Shown here piece by piece: positions 1 through 13,615 of a stretch of DNA of 64,000 bases; the stretch's first letter is position 1, and each line of letters starts with the position of its first letter. The stretch is from NCBI RefSeq assembly GCF_009914755.1, contig NC_060926.1. One strand, given 5' to 3'. The DNA is from the human T2T-CHM13v2.0 reference genome, Homo sapiens. Made by a program: the position numbers and the translations under genes. Below the pieces are notes generated by a model. The model saw nothing but the letters and a program-made list of their open reading frames with translations. It did not search any database and was not told where the DNA came from.

Positions 1-2300
1 CATATAGAATGTATGTACCTCAACACAATGAAGGCCATATATAAAAATCCCAAAGCTAACATTATACTCAATGGGGACAAGTTGAAAACTTTTGCTTTAA
101 GATCTGGAACGAGACAAGTATGCCCACTTTCACCACTTCTTTTCAACATATTACTAGAAGTCCCAGTAAGCAAAAGAAAGAAATAAAAGATATCCAAATT
201 GGAAAGGAAAAAGTTAAATTGTCCTGTTTGCAGATGAAATTACTGCATATGTGTAAAACCCCAAGAAGTTCACAAAAAAAGTTAGTACTAATAAGTTAAT
301 TTTGTAAAGTTGAAGGATACAAAAATCAACATATAAAATCAGTAGCATTTGTATACACATATAGTGAACTATCTAAAAAAATTTAAAAAAAAATTTTATT
401 TATAATAGCTACAAAACTACAAAGTACCTAGGAATAAATTTTACCATTAAGGTGAAAAGAAGCTACACTAAAAACTATAAAACCTTGATGAAAGACATTG
501 AAAAGGATGCAAATAAATGAAAATATATCTCATGTATATGGACTTGAAGAATTAATATTGTTGAAATGTCCATACTACCCCAAGTTATCTACAGATTTGA
601 TGAAATCTCTATCAAAATACCACTGACATTTTTAATTCTAAAATTTGTGTGGAATTACAAAAATCCTGAATAACCAAACAATCTTGAGCAAAAAAGCAAA
701 AGTAGAGGCATTATACTATGTGACTTCAAAATATAATACAAAGCTATAGTAATTAAAACACTATGATATCGACATTAAAAACAGACATATAAACCAATGA
801 AACAAAACAGAGAACCCAGAAATAAATCCACATGCCTACAGTCAACTGATTTTTGACAAAGGTGCCAAGAACACACAATGGGGAAAGGACAATCTCTTCA
901 ATAAATGGTGCTGGGAAAAGTGGATGTCCACATGCAGAAGAATAAAACCTGACCCCTATTTTTTACCATACACAAAATTTAACTGAAGATGGATTAAAGA
1001 CTTAAATGTAAGACCTGAAACTACTAGAAGAAAACATAGGTGAAATGCTTCATAACACTGGACTGGACAAAGTTTTGTTAATAAGACTTTAAAAGCACAG
1101 GCAAAAAATGAAAAGTAGACAATGGGATTACATCAAAATACAAGGCTTCTGCACTGCAAAGGAAACAGTCAACAAGTGAAAAGACAACCTGCAAAATGGG
1201 AGAATATATTTGCAAACACTACATCTAACAAGAGGAGGATATTCAAAATATATAAGAAACTCAAACAACTCAATAGCAAAAACAAACAAAAAAAAACCAA
1301 CAACAACAAATTTAACCCAAATAATCCTATTTAAAAATGGACAAAACTCCTTAATAGAAATTTCTCAAAAAGACATGCAAATGGCTAACCAGTATATGAA
1401 AAAATGCTCAATATCACTAATCATTTCAGAAATGCATATCAAAATCATAGTAAGTTATCACCTTACTCCAGCTAAAATGACATTAGTAAAAACACAAAAT
1501 AAGTGTTGGCAAAGAAGTGGAGAAAAGGAAACCCTTATACAGTGTCAGTGAAAATGTGAATTAGTCTATAGCCCCTCTGGAAAGCAATATGGAGGTTACT
1601 CAGAAAACTAAAAATCAAACTACCATATGATCCAGCAATCTTACTACTGGATATATATCCAAAGAAAATGAAATCAGTTTGTCAAAAAGACACCTGCACT
1701 TTCATGTTTATTGCAGACTATTCACAATAGCCAACCTGTGGAATCAGCCTACATATCCATTAGTAGATAAATAGATAAAGAAAATGTGGTATATATACAC
1801 AATGGGATACCAGTCAGCCATACAAAAAAAAGAATAAAATCCTATTATTTGCAGCATGAATAAATCTGGAAGACATTATGTTAAGTGAAATAAGCCAGAC
1901 ATAGAAAGACAAATACCACATAATCTCACTCATATGTGGATTCTAAAAAGTTGATCTCATTAAAGCAGAGAATAGAGCAATCATTACCAGAGACTGGGGA
2001 GGGGGGACTGAAAAGAAATTGATCAATGGGTACATAATTACAATTAGCTAGGAGAAGTCAGTCCTGGTGTCCTATTGCACAGTAAGGTGACTATAGATAA
2101 TGACATGTACTGTATATTTTAGAATAACTGAAAGAGAGGATTTTGAACATTCTTACTACAAAGATGTAATAATTGCAGGTGATGAATATTCAAATTATAC
2201 GATTTGATTATTATATAACATACACATGTGCTGAAACATCACATTGCATCCCATAAGTGCATAAAATTATGTGAAATTAAAACTTTAAATAAATAATTTT
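1..2300 (+). mobile_element. Old LINE-1 (L1MA-type) ORF2 3' half plus 3' UTR, degraded
   Basis: Continuous similarity to L1 ORF2 (AGATCTGGAACGAGACAAG, GACAAAGGTGCCAAGAAC). ORF 1210-1551 translates to an ORF2 C-terminal-like peptide. An L1MA-style 3' UTR ends in an A-rich tail near 2290. Confidence 0.9.
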
Positions 2301-2656
2301 TAAAAGATGCTTTGTAAAATTTCAGTTTTTGAATGTATTGAGACTTGTTTTTTGGTGTATCATATAGTCTATACAGGAGAATGTTCCATGTGCACTTCAG
2401 AGGAACATATATTCTGCTGTTATTGTGAAGGATATTTTACAAATAACTGTTAAATATAGTTCATTTTCAGTGATGCTTACTTCCTTTATTTCTTTATTGA
2501 TTTTCTGTCTAGACGTTTTATCATTGAAAGTGGGATATTGGCATCTCCAACAATTATTATTACAAAACTATTTCTTCCTTCAATTCTGTCCATGTTTGCA
2601 CATGTATTTTGAAGCTTTTTTTGTTTTGTGCATATATGTTTAAAGTTGCCGTAACT

Positions 2657-2947
2657 GGCCAGGTGCAGTGGCTCATGCCTGTAATCCCAGCACTTTGGGA
2701 GGCCGAGGCAGGCAGATCACCTGAGGTCAGGAGTTCAAGACCAGCCTGACCAACATGGAGAAACCCTGTCTCTACTAAAAATGCAAAATTAGCCATACGT
2801 GGTGGCTCACGCCTGTGGTCCCAGCTACTCAGGAGGCTGAGGCAGGAGAATCATTTGAACCAAGAGGCAGAGGTTACGGTGAGCTTAGATCATGCTATTG
2901 CACTCCAATCTGGGCAATAAGAGCGAAACTCTGTCTCAAAAAAAAAA
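2657..2947 (+). mobile_element. Alu (AluSp/Sq-like), full length
   Basis: GGCCAGGTGCAGTGGCTCA start, CTGACCAACATGGAGAAACCC diagnostic, A tail, imperfect TSD ending GTAACT on both sides. Confidence 0.95.
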
Positions 2948-4167
2948 GGTGTAACTTCTTAATGGATTGACAATTTAATCAATATACTATGCTCTTATTT
3001 GTCTCTTTTAACAGCTTTGTATTTAAGGTTATTCTTGTCTTATATTAACACAGACACCCATGATTTCTTTTAGTTACTATTTGCATGAAAACTTTTTTTA
3101 TCCTTTTGCTTTTCATCACTTTGTGTCTTTGGATCTAAAAAGAGTCTCTTTTAGACAGCATACAGTTGGATCATATGTTTCTATCCATCCAGCCAATCTT
3201 TGTCTTTGGATTGGAGATTTTAATCTATTAACATCTAAAGTAATTACTGTTGGGGAAGAATCTACTTCTGTCATTTGGCTGTTTATTTTCTGTATGTCCT
3301 ATATGTTTTGTCCCCAATTTTCTCAATTACTTACTTCTTTCCTGTTTAGCTGATTTTTCACAGTTAATCATTTTGATTTTCTTCTCATTTCCTTTTTGAT
3401 ATACTTTTTAGGGCTTTTGTAGCTATCATGGGATTACATTTAGCATCTTAAATTTAAAGCAATCTATTTTGAACTAACATCACCTAACTTTAAAAGCATT
3501 AAAAAAAAAAAAACTCTTTTCCTACACATCTCCATTCTTTATGTTGGTGTTGTAACAAATTACATCTTAATATATTGTGTGCCCAAAAACATATATTTAT
3601 AATTTGTGCATTTTTAAAAATCCTGTTGGAAATAAAATGCAAAATAAGCAAATAGACAGTAATACTTGCTCTTGCTTGTGTATTAACCTTATTGAAGATT
3701 TTTATTTCTTTACACAGTTTTCAGTTACTATCTAATTTCCTTGCATTTCAACATGAAAGGTTCCCTTTAGTATTTCTTGTATGGCAGTTCTAGTGAAGAT
3801 AAATTTCCTCAATTTTTGTTTTTAAAAAAATGACTTAATTTCTCTATCAGTTTGAAGGACATTTTTGCCAGGTATATAAATCTTGATTAATTGTTGTTGG
3901 TTTATCATTGTTTTTTTCAGCTATAGAATATGTTATTCTGCTGTATTCTGGCATCCATATTTTTTTTAATGAGAAATTGGCTGTAAATCTTCCTGAGAAT
4001 TGCTTGTAAGTAAGAAGTTGTTTCTCCCTTTCTGATTTCCAGATTCTTTGTTTTTGGCTTTTAAGAATTGGATTATAATATGTCTTTATGTGGATATCTC
4101 TGAGTCTATCATATTTGGAGTTCATTGAGATTCTTGAATGTTTTAATTCCTATTTTTCACCAATTAG

Positions 4168-4577
<410 letters not shown>

Positions 4578-4929
4578 TAAGTTTCTTTTCTTTTTTTAAT
4601 TCTTTCTTTCTTCTTTTCACTCCCTTCCCCAAACTTAATAATTTCAAATGGCCTGTTTTCAAGTTTCCTAATTTTTCCTTCAACCTATTCAAGGCTGTTG
4701 TTAAACTCCTCTAGTAAATTTTTTATTTTTGTTATTGTGTTTTTCAGCTCTAGAATTTCTATTTGGTTATTTTTAGAATTTATATTTCTTGGTTGACATT
4801 CTAATTTTGTTTGTGTATTTTATTAGTTTCTTTATGTAAATATTAGTTTTATCATGATTTTATTTAGTGCTCTGTGCTCTCTTTTAGTTCATTAATCATT
4901 GTTTAAAAATTATTTAAAAGCCTTTGTTA

Positions 4930-5980
4930 AATTGGTACACCCATTATGGGTAATACTATGAAGATTTCTTTAAAAATCAAAAATAGAACTACCATATGAT
5001 CTAGCAAAATACTCTGTTGAGTGCATATCCAAAAGAAGTAAAATCAGCACCTTGTAGAGATATGTTCTTTCTTATGTTCACTGTAGCATTATTCATGATA
5101 ACCAAGATATGAAAACAACCTACATGTCCATTGACAGATGAATGAAAAAAGAAATTGTATGATGCATGGGGCATGCATATATATCATACATGAAATATAA
5201 TTGAAATAATATTGAGCCTGAAAGAGAAGGAAATACTGTAATTTGCAACAACATGGACAAACATGGAGAGCATTATGCTAATTGAAATGAGCCATACCCA
5301 GAAAGAAAACATGCTATGTAATCTGATTTATACGTAGAATCTAAAAACAAGTTGAATAAATAAAAGTAGATGGTAGAATAATGGTTACTGGGGCAGGTAG
5401 AAAGAAGAAATAGGAAGAAGAAAAAGGGTACAAATTTGAAGTTAGGTAGTAATATGGCTTGGATGCTTTGTTCCCTCCAAATCTCATTTTGAAATGTAAC
5501 CTCCAATTTTACATGTGGGCCTAGTAGGAGGTGTTTGGGTCAAGGGGGTAGATCACTCATGAATGTCTTGGAGCTGTCCTCTAAGTAATGAGTGAGTTGC
5601 CACTCTGAGTTCACATGAAATCTAACTGTTTGAAAGAATATGACATCTCTCTCTCTCTCTCTCTCTCTTGCTGTCACTCTTACCATGAGACAGACTGGCT
5701 CCCCTTTGCCTTCTGCTATGATTGGAAGCTTCCTGATGGCTCACCAGGAGCAGATGCCAGCACAATGCTTCTCATACAGCCTAGAGATGCATGGGTCAGA
5801 ATAAACCTGTTTTCTGTGTATATTCCCCAGTCTCAGATATTCCTTTAAAGGGGTGCAAAATAGACTAACACAAGTAGGATAAATCAATCTAGGACTCTAA
5901 TATACCGCATGGGGACTATGTTTAAGAATATTATATTGCATATTAAAAATTTGCTAAGTGAGTATATTTTAGTGCTCTTT
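4930..5980 (+). mobile_element. L1MA/L1MB-type 3' end, split by an MSTB LTR
   Basis: AAATAGAACTACCATATGATCTAGCA...AAATCAGCACCTTGTAGAGATA 3' region; resumes after 5877 with GGGGACTATG...TTGCTAAG. Confidence 0.8.
5450..5872 (+). mobile_element. MSTB-like ERVL-MaLR solo LTR
   Basis: TAATATGGCTTGGATG...CCCTCCAAATCTCAT start, AATAAACC signal, GACTAACACA end; 5-bp TSD GGTAG/AGTAG. Confidence 0.9.
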
Positions 5981-6509
5981 TGATTGGGCCATGTTTTCCT
6001 GTTTATTTGTTTGCCTTGTGATCTTTTGTTATAAATTGGGCATTTGAAAAAATAATACCCTCTCCCAGTCTTTGTGAACCAGCTCTGTGCAAGGGAAAAC
6101 CTTCACTAATGAGTCTAGCATGAAAGCTCAAGGTGGTCTCAAACATTTCTGGCTATCTGCCTTCTCTGGGCCTATGCATGTGTTTTTATTCTAGTCCTAC
6201 CTTACCCATGACTGTTTTTAAACGTGGTAATTTCTCCCAAGAGTCTCACACTTGCATCTTCTTGCCCTATCTGTTCTATTGTATTACTCTGCTCACAATC
6301 TCCAGCCCCTAGGAATCCACACTTCTGCAGTTCCCCTGCAACTCTGATCCATCACAGTGCCCATCACTGCTTTTAACAGGATCCAACCTAATATCCACAC
6401 TACATCCCCATCCTCATGCCTTGGTTAGGCATTATCTTGGTTGCTGCAGCTTCTTAACTGAGTGCTAAAGTTCTCACAAAGCTATTTTGGTGTGTGTGTT
6501 TTTGGTTAT
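5981..6509 (-). mobile_element. Old L1M 5' region fragment
   Basis: Resembles an L1M 5' UTR on the minus strand (TTCTCACAAAGCTATTTTGG); probably continues the 2301-4925 element. Confidence 0.45.
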
Positions 6510-8190
<1,681 letters not shown>

Positions 8191-8499
8191 TATATTCTGT
8201 ACACAGCATAGAATTGGGCCATTTTTATGCAGTCTGCCTTTTCTTGTCTTTTAGTTGAACTGATTAAATCATTTGCATTCAATAAAACTTTACTAAATTA
8301 TATATAATTTGCTACATCTAAATATATATAAATATGTCACAAAATTATACACACACACATATATATGTATATACATACCACAAAATTATAATAATAATTT
8401 AACTCAGTTTAAATCTTTCTGCTATTTGTTTCCTCTTTGGTCCATCTGTTCTTTGTATGTTTATTTTTCCCCTTTTCTTACCCTCTTTAAATTATTTGA

Positions 8500-8785
8500 G
8501 GCTAGGCACAGCAGCTTAAACCTGTAATCCCAGTGGTTTGGGGGCTGAGGTGGGAAAGTCACTTGAGGCCAGGGTTTTGAGACCAGCCCAGCCAACATAG
8601 TGTGACACTGTCTGTACAAACACTTTAAAAATTAGCCAAGCATGCTGGCTGTAGTACTAGCTACTTGGGAGCCTGAGACAGGAGAATTGCTTGCACCCAA
8701 GAGTGAGCTGCAGTGAGCTATGATCATGCCACTGCCCTCCAGCCTGGGCACAGAGCAAAACCCTGTCTCTAAACAAACAAACAGA
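8500..8785 (+). mobile_element. Alu (AluJ-like), diverged
   Basis: CACTTGAGGCCAGG and GCTGCAGTGAGCTATGATCATGCC are AluJ features; the tail has decayed to AAAC repeats. Confidence 0.9.
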
Positions 8786-8787
8786 AG

Positions 8788-8797
8788 GATAGATGAT

Positions 8798-8847
<50 letters not shown>

Positions 8848-8855
8848 GATGATAG
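8788..8855 (+). repeat. (AGAT)n tetranucleotide STR
   Basis: 11 perfect AGAT units at 8801-8844 with imperfect flanks, directly after the Alu tail. Confidence 0.95.
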
Positions 8856-9000
8856 TTTTAAAAAAATCTCTTTAACTCTACTATTCACTTATTAACTCTA
8901 TTTTATTTTTCTCTTTCTTTCTTCCATTTCTTCCTTCTTTTCCTTCTTCTTTTCTTCCTTCCTCTCTTTTTTCTCTCTCCTTCTTTTTTCCTTTATTTTG

Positions 9001-9441
9001 CTATTCACAGTAGCAGAGTCATGAAATCAACCTAAATGCTCATCAATGGTAGACTGAATGAAGAAACTGTGGTACATACACACTATGAAATACCAAGCAG
9101 CCATGAAAAGCAACAAGATTATATTCTTTGCAGCAACATGGATGGAACTGGAGACCATTATTCTAAGCAAACTAACACAGGAGCAGAAAACCAAACACCA
9201 CATATTCTCACTTATAAGTGGAAGCTGAACATCAAGTACTTATGGACACAAAGAAGAAAAACAGACATCAACGCCTACTTGAGAGTAGAGGATGGGAGGA
9301 GGGTGAGGAATGAAAAAACTACCTATCGGGTACTGTGCTTATTACCTGGGTGAAATAATGTGTACACCAAACCCCTACAACACACAATTTACCTATATAA
9401 CAAACCTCCACATGTACCCCAAACTTAAAAGTTAAAAAAAA
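9001..9441 (+). mobile_element. L1PA15/16-like 3' end
   Basis: GGAGGAGGGTGAGGAATGAAAAAACTACCTATCGGGTACT...AAACCTCCACATGTACCCC plus A tail. Confidence 0.85.
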
Positions 9442-9846
9442 GGAAAATGTGGTATACACAAACACACCATGGAATACTACTCAGCCATAAAAAATGATAA
9501 AATAATGTCTTCTGCAGAAACTTTGATGGAACTGCAGGCCATTATTCTAAGTGAAGTAATTAATAAGTCAAAAACCAAATACCACATATTCTCACTTACA
9601 AGTGGGAGCTAAGCTACAGGCACAAAAAGGCACACAGAGAGGTATAATGGACATTGGAAACTGTGAATGGGGGAGTGTGGGAGGGAACTAAGGGATGAAA
9701 AACTACTTATTGGGTATAATGTACACTACTTGGGTGATGGGTGCACTACAATTCCAGACTTCACCACTGTACAATTCACCCATGTAACCAAAAACCTCAT
9801 GTATCGATAAAACTATCAAAATTGAAAATTAAAAAAAAATTAAAAA
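9442..9846 (+). mobile_element. L1PB3/4-like 3' end
   Basis: GGTATAATGGACATTGG...CCAGACTTCACCACTGTACAATTCACCCATGTAACCAAAAACC plus A tail. Confidence 0.85.
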
Positions 9847-10536
9847 GGTTTTCAGAATTGAAAATTTGTCTTACTTTATATAAAAATTATATTTTATTTG
9901 CCTTCATTTTAGGGCAATATATTTACTAAATAGAGAATTCTAAATGATATTTACAATTTTCTAATACTACAAGGTCATGTTTCCATTGTCTTCTAGATTG
10001 CATAATTTCTGAGACGTCTCCAATTGTGTTTGTTTTGATTCCTCTCTAACTATATGTCTTATTTCTCTGGATGTGCAAGATTTCCTACTTATAATGGATT
10101 TTTGGTAGGTTAATTATTATGTGCCTTGGTGTGGATCACTTTGCATTTATTCAGTTGCTTGTCAAGCCTTTTTGTGGGCTTTTAGTTTTCATCAGGTTTG
10201 AACAATTTTTTTGTTGTTATTTCTTTAAATATTTATTCTCACTTTCATATGCTCTTCTTCTCAGACTTCAATTACACAAATGTTAGATTCCTTTATATTA
10301 TTCCATAAATTACAAAGGCTTTTAAAATTATTTGTATTATTTCTCCACTCTGCTTCATTTTGCAATAAAGTATATTGTTTTCACTGGTATTCATTTGTAA
10401 CATCTAATATACTGTTTATCCCATCAGTTGTACTTTAGATTTCAGAAAAAAAATATTTTATTTTGTTTCTAGTTGTCTCTTTTCTTATTCTCTTTTCTTA
10501 TTATATTCATGTTTGCTTTAAGATCCATAAGCACTC

Positions 10537-10815
10537 GGCCAGGCTCAGTGGCTCACGTCCTGTAATGCCAGCTCTTTGGGAGGCCGAGGCTGGGCGGATC
10601 ACAAGGTCAGGAGGTCGAGACCAGCCTGGCCAATATGGTGAAACCCTGTCTCTACTAAAAATACAAAAAATTAGCTGGGCGTGGTAGCAGGAGCATGTAA
10701 TCCCAAGAGAACACTTGAACACTTGAACCCGGGAGGTGGAGGTTGCAGTGATCTGAGATCATGCCACTGCACTCCAGCCTGGGCAATAGAGTGAGAGTCC
10801 ATCAAAAAAAAAAAA
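10537..10815 (+). mobile_element. Alu (AluS) with internal deletion in the right arm
   Basis: Alu dimer with A tail; TSD ATCCATAAGCAC on both sides. Confidence 0.95.
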
Positions 10816-10852
10816 TCCATAAGCACAGTAATATTTATAAGAGCTCTTTTAA

Positions 10853-10985
10853 CCCAGTGATGCTGGAAGTTGCAATTTTTGGAATTGAAAAATTAGACCT
10901 TGGCGATGACCTTGAGCAGTAAGATAGATACAAATAACTCTCACATGCTTAGCGTTCCAATAATGGAACACTAGGCATAAATGTG
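10853..10985 (-). mobile_element. MER85 non-autonomous piggyBac-family MITE
   Basis: Reverse complement reads CACATTTATGCCTAGTGTTCCATTATTGGAACGCTAAGCATGTG...CTGCTCAAGGTCATCGCCAAGGTCT...TTGCAAC, matching MER85. Flanked by TTAA at 10849-10852 and 10986-10989. Confidence 0.92.
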
Positions 10986-11929
10986 TTAAGCTCTTCATCT
11001 GCTATATATAATGCTGTCTACTATTTCTCAGTTACTGTTTCTCTAGTAATTGAGTTTTCACCTAGTTGTTCAAAATTTGCTACATTTGTGCATGTTTAAT
11101 AAATTTGTATTTATTAATACAAATAAGTGCTGGATATTGTGAGTTCTATGTTGCTGAGAATTCAGAATTGGTTGTGTGACTTTGAAGGGTGATTATGTTT
11201 GTTTTACCAGGGAATAAAGTGATCTTTTGACCAGGTCGATCCATTCTGTACCTGTTTATAAGCTTTGTGAAGGCAAGTCAAGAATAGCCTTTACTCCAAG
11301 ATTAATTAATCCTTACTATTAAGTAATAATTTTGGGAACTGTCTTTATTGCTCAGTGTCTTAGAAGTGGTTTATCCTGTCTAGTCATATAGAATTGAAAC
11401 TTCCCCCAACACTACATTAATTCCGGGAACTGTTTACTTTGTAGCTTCCCAGATTTTGTTTGTTTGTTTGTTTTGGCTGATCTCATGGAATTTCTCTCTA
11501 TGCATGTGAAGATTAGCATCCAGCCAAATATCAAAGAATATCACCCACAAGAATGTCTGAAACTCTTTCTGTATATATTTCTTTCCTTTGGCAATGTGTT
11601 CCACAAATGTCATCCACCTCAGCCTCCCTGGACTTTGTTCTCTGTGCACCCAACTCAGCAAGACCCTTTTACTCTGCGTAGGTTCCACCTCCCTTGGTGG
11701 GGGTCCAGAAAAAGTCTTCAAGTATAAAGCTGGGGTGTTCTTAAAGCTGTACCATTGGTTTTCCTTCCTTCTGGGGCAATTATGTACCATTTCACAACTT
11801 TCTAGCTTTTTCATGGCAAAGCATAAGTCTGATCCTGGTTACTGCTTCAGGGGCCAAAGCAGAAAACTATGCTGAGGATTCTAGAATCAATTAGTGTATA
11901 AACAAATTAATGCCAGTGGTTAGCATATT

Positions 11930-12090
11930 GAATGTGAAGTGTTTGTGGGATATCCACTTGAAAATAATCACAAGTAATTGGATATGTAACAATTCATGAG
12001 AGTGATTTGGACAGAATATATATTTGGAGAATCATTTTCATGGACCTGAAAATTTATGGCAGAGGAGTAGAAATGAGAACAATTATAGTC
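11930..12090 (-). mobile_element. L2 fragment
   Basis: GTGGGATATCCAC...AATTGGATATG...TATTTGGAGAATCAT resembles antisense L2. Confidence 0.5.
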
Positions 12091-12782
12091 AAGTGATGGG
12101 TGCATTATATAGATTGCTGGTGTTAATGAGTATTGAAAAGTGAAGGAGTAGTGGCTACATTTTATGAATTAAATTTTGCAAGAAGAATATGCATTGGATG
12201 ATGTAGGAGATAGCAGTTTGGAGGAAAACATGCCCTTCCCAGTTATAAATCATTCAAATTAGTAGTTACCTATTTTCCTTGCTTCAGATTAGAGAATCTC
12301 TAAATTAAGGAGCACATTCTTGGTTTTTATGACTATGTTGCTTCAAATTAACCAGGCTAGGAAAAAAAAAACAGATTAATAAATTGAGAAAAACTAAAAC
12401 CACATTCAAACTAAGCAGAAATCCAATAATACAGATGTGCACAATCCATATATAGGAATTTGAAATACTTTGGGAAAGTATAAAGTATCATCAAGAATCA
12501 ACTTTAAGATATGGGAAAAATATAACAATAAGCAACAACCAAAAATCAGTGGGCTATAAAAATTTATCTGTCTTTCTTTGACTATTAATATAAATGTATT
12601 GCTTACTAGTACTAGGGTATTTCTTAGAGTCCAGGCTCTATTATTAGTATGAAAATCAATGCCAAATTATAGTAGGTTAATCAAATGAAGGCAACCATGT
12701 GTTAAGTTAGTGTCAGAGGCTGAATTACATAGGACTCATCCTTCTAACTTCTAGTCCAGGACTCTTTTCCTTGAGTAGGAAT

Positions 12783-13162
12783 GTGCCCACAGCTGGCTTC
12801 CTGCTCACTGAATAGTTTCTCATTCTTCCTGAGCATGCAATTCAGCTAAATCCCTAGCTTCACATGAAGTTAGATAACCTCATCTGTCCTTCCAGGTCTG
12901 CATGTAAAACCCTCCCACAGAGTGCTGTTCTCTGTTTTCCCCTTTTCTACCGGCATCTATGAAACCCAAGACTATCTTAGGAGCCACATGTTGAAGTAGC
13001 AGAACTGTCTGTCAGTCTGTACCCTATGCAATTGTGAGGTGCTTCCTTTCTTTCCTACCACTGCCATTTGTACTTTATGTGAATGAAAAATAAACTATTG
13101 TGTTAAGTCACTGAGATTTAGGTATTTATCTTTCACAGTAGCAAGTGCTGCCTTAATTAACA
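12783..13162 (+). mobile_element. MLT1J-like MaLR LTR
   Basis: AGCCACATGTTGAAG...GAATGAAAAATAAACTATTGTGTTAAGTCACTGAGATTT...TTAATTAACA. Confidence 0.65.
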
Positions 13163-13202
13163 AAGATCTATAACTTCATATAGACAATCATCTGATAATG
13201 CT

Positions 13203-13615
13203 TTTAAATTAATTTTAATTGGTATTTTAAGTTCCAGTGTACATGTGCAGGATGTGCAGGTTTGTTACACAGGTAAACGTGTGCCATGGTGGTTTGCTGC
13301 ACCTATCAACCCATCATCTAGGTATTAAGCCCAGCATGCATTAGCTATTTTTCCTAATGCTTTCTATTAAAAAGATACATGTACCCGTATGTTCGTTGCA
13401 GCACTCTTCACAATGGCAAAGACATAGAATCAACCCAAATGTCCATCAGTGACAGACTGGATAAAGAAAATGTGGTACATTATACACCATGGAATACTAT
13501 GCAGCCATAAACAGGAACAAGTTCATGCCCTTTGCAGGAACATGGATGGAGCTGCAGCAAACTAATGCAGGAACAGAAAACCAAACACCACATGTTCTCA
13601 TTTATAAATGAAAGC
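13203..13615 (-). mobile_element. Short L1PA (about PA8-PA11) insertion with 5' inversion
   Basis: Minus-strand 3' terminus at 13203-13365 joined to a plus-strand upstream segment at 13366-13615; TSD-like ATG(C)TTTTAA on both sides. Confidence 0.85.

Larger units (their letters stand above)
9860..11865 (-). mobile_element. Ancient L1ME-type ORF1/5' UTR region, interrupted by Alu and MER85
   Basis: T-rich degraded ORF1-like antisense sequence (TTCCATTGTCTTCTAG, TATGTGCCTTGGTGTGG) and an L1ME-like 5' end near 11830-11865. Confidence 0.6.

Noticed and set aside
8895-9000. Pyrimidine-rich tract as a splice acceptor
   Set aside because: Low-complexity CT-rich sequence between repeats, followed directly by an L1 3' fragment.
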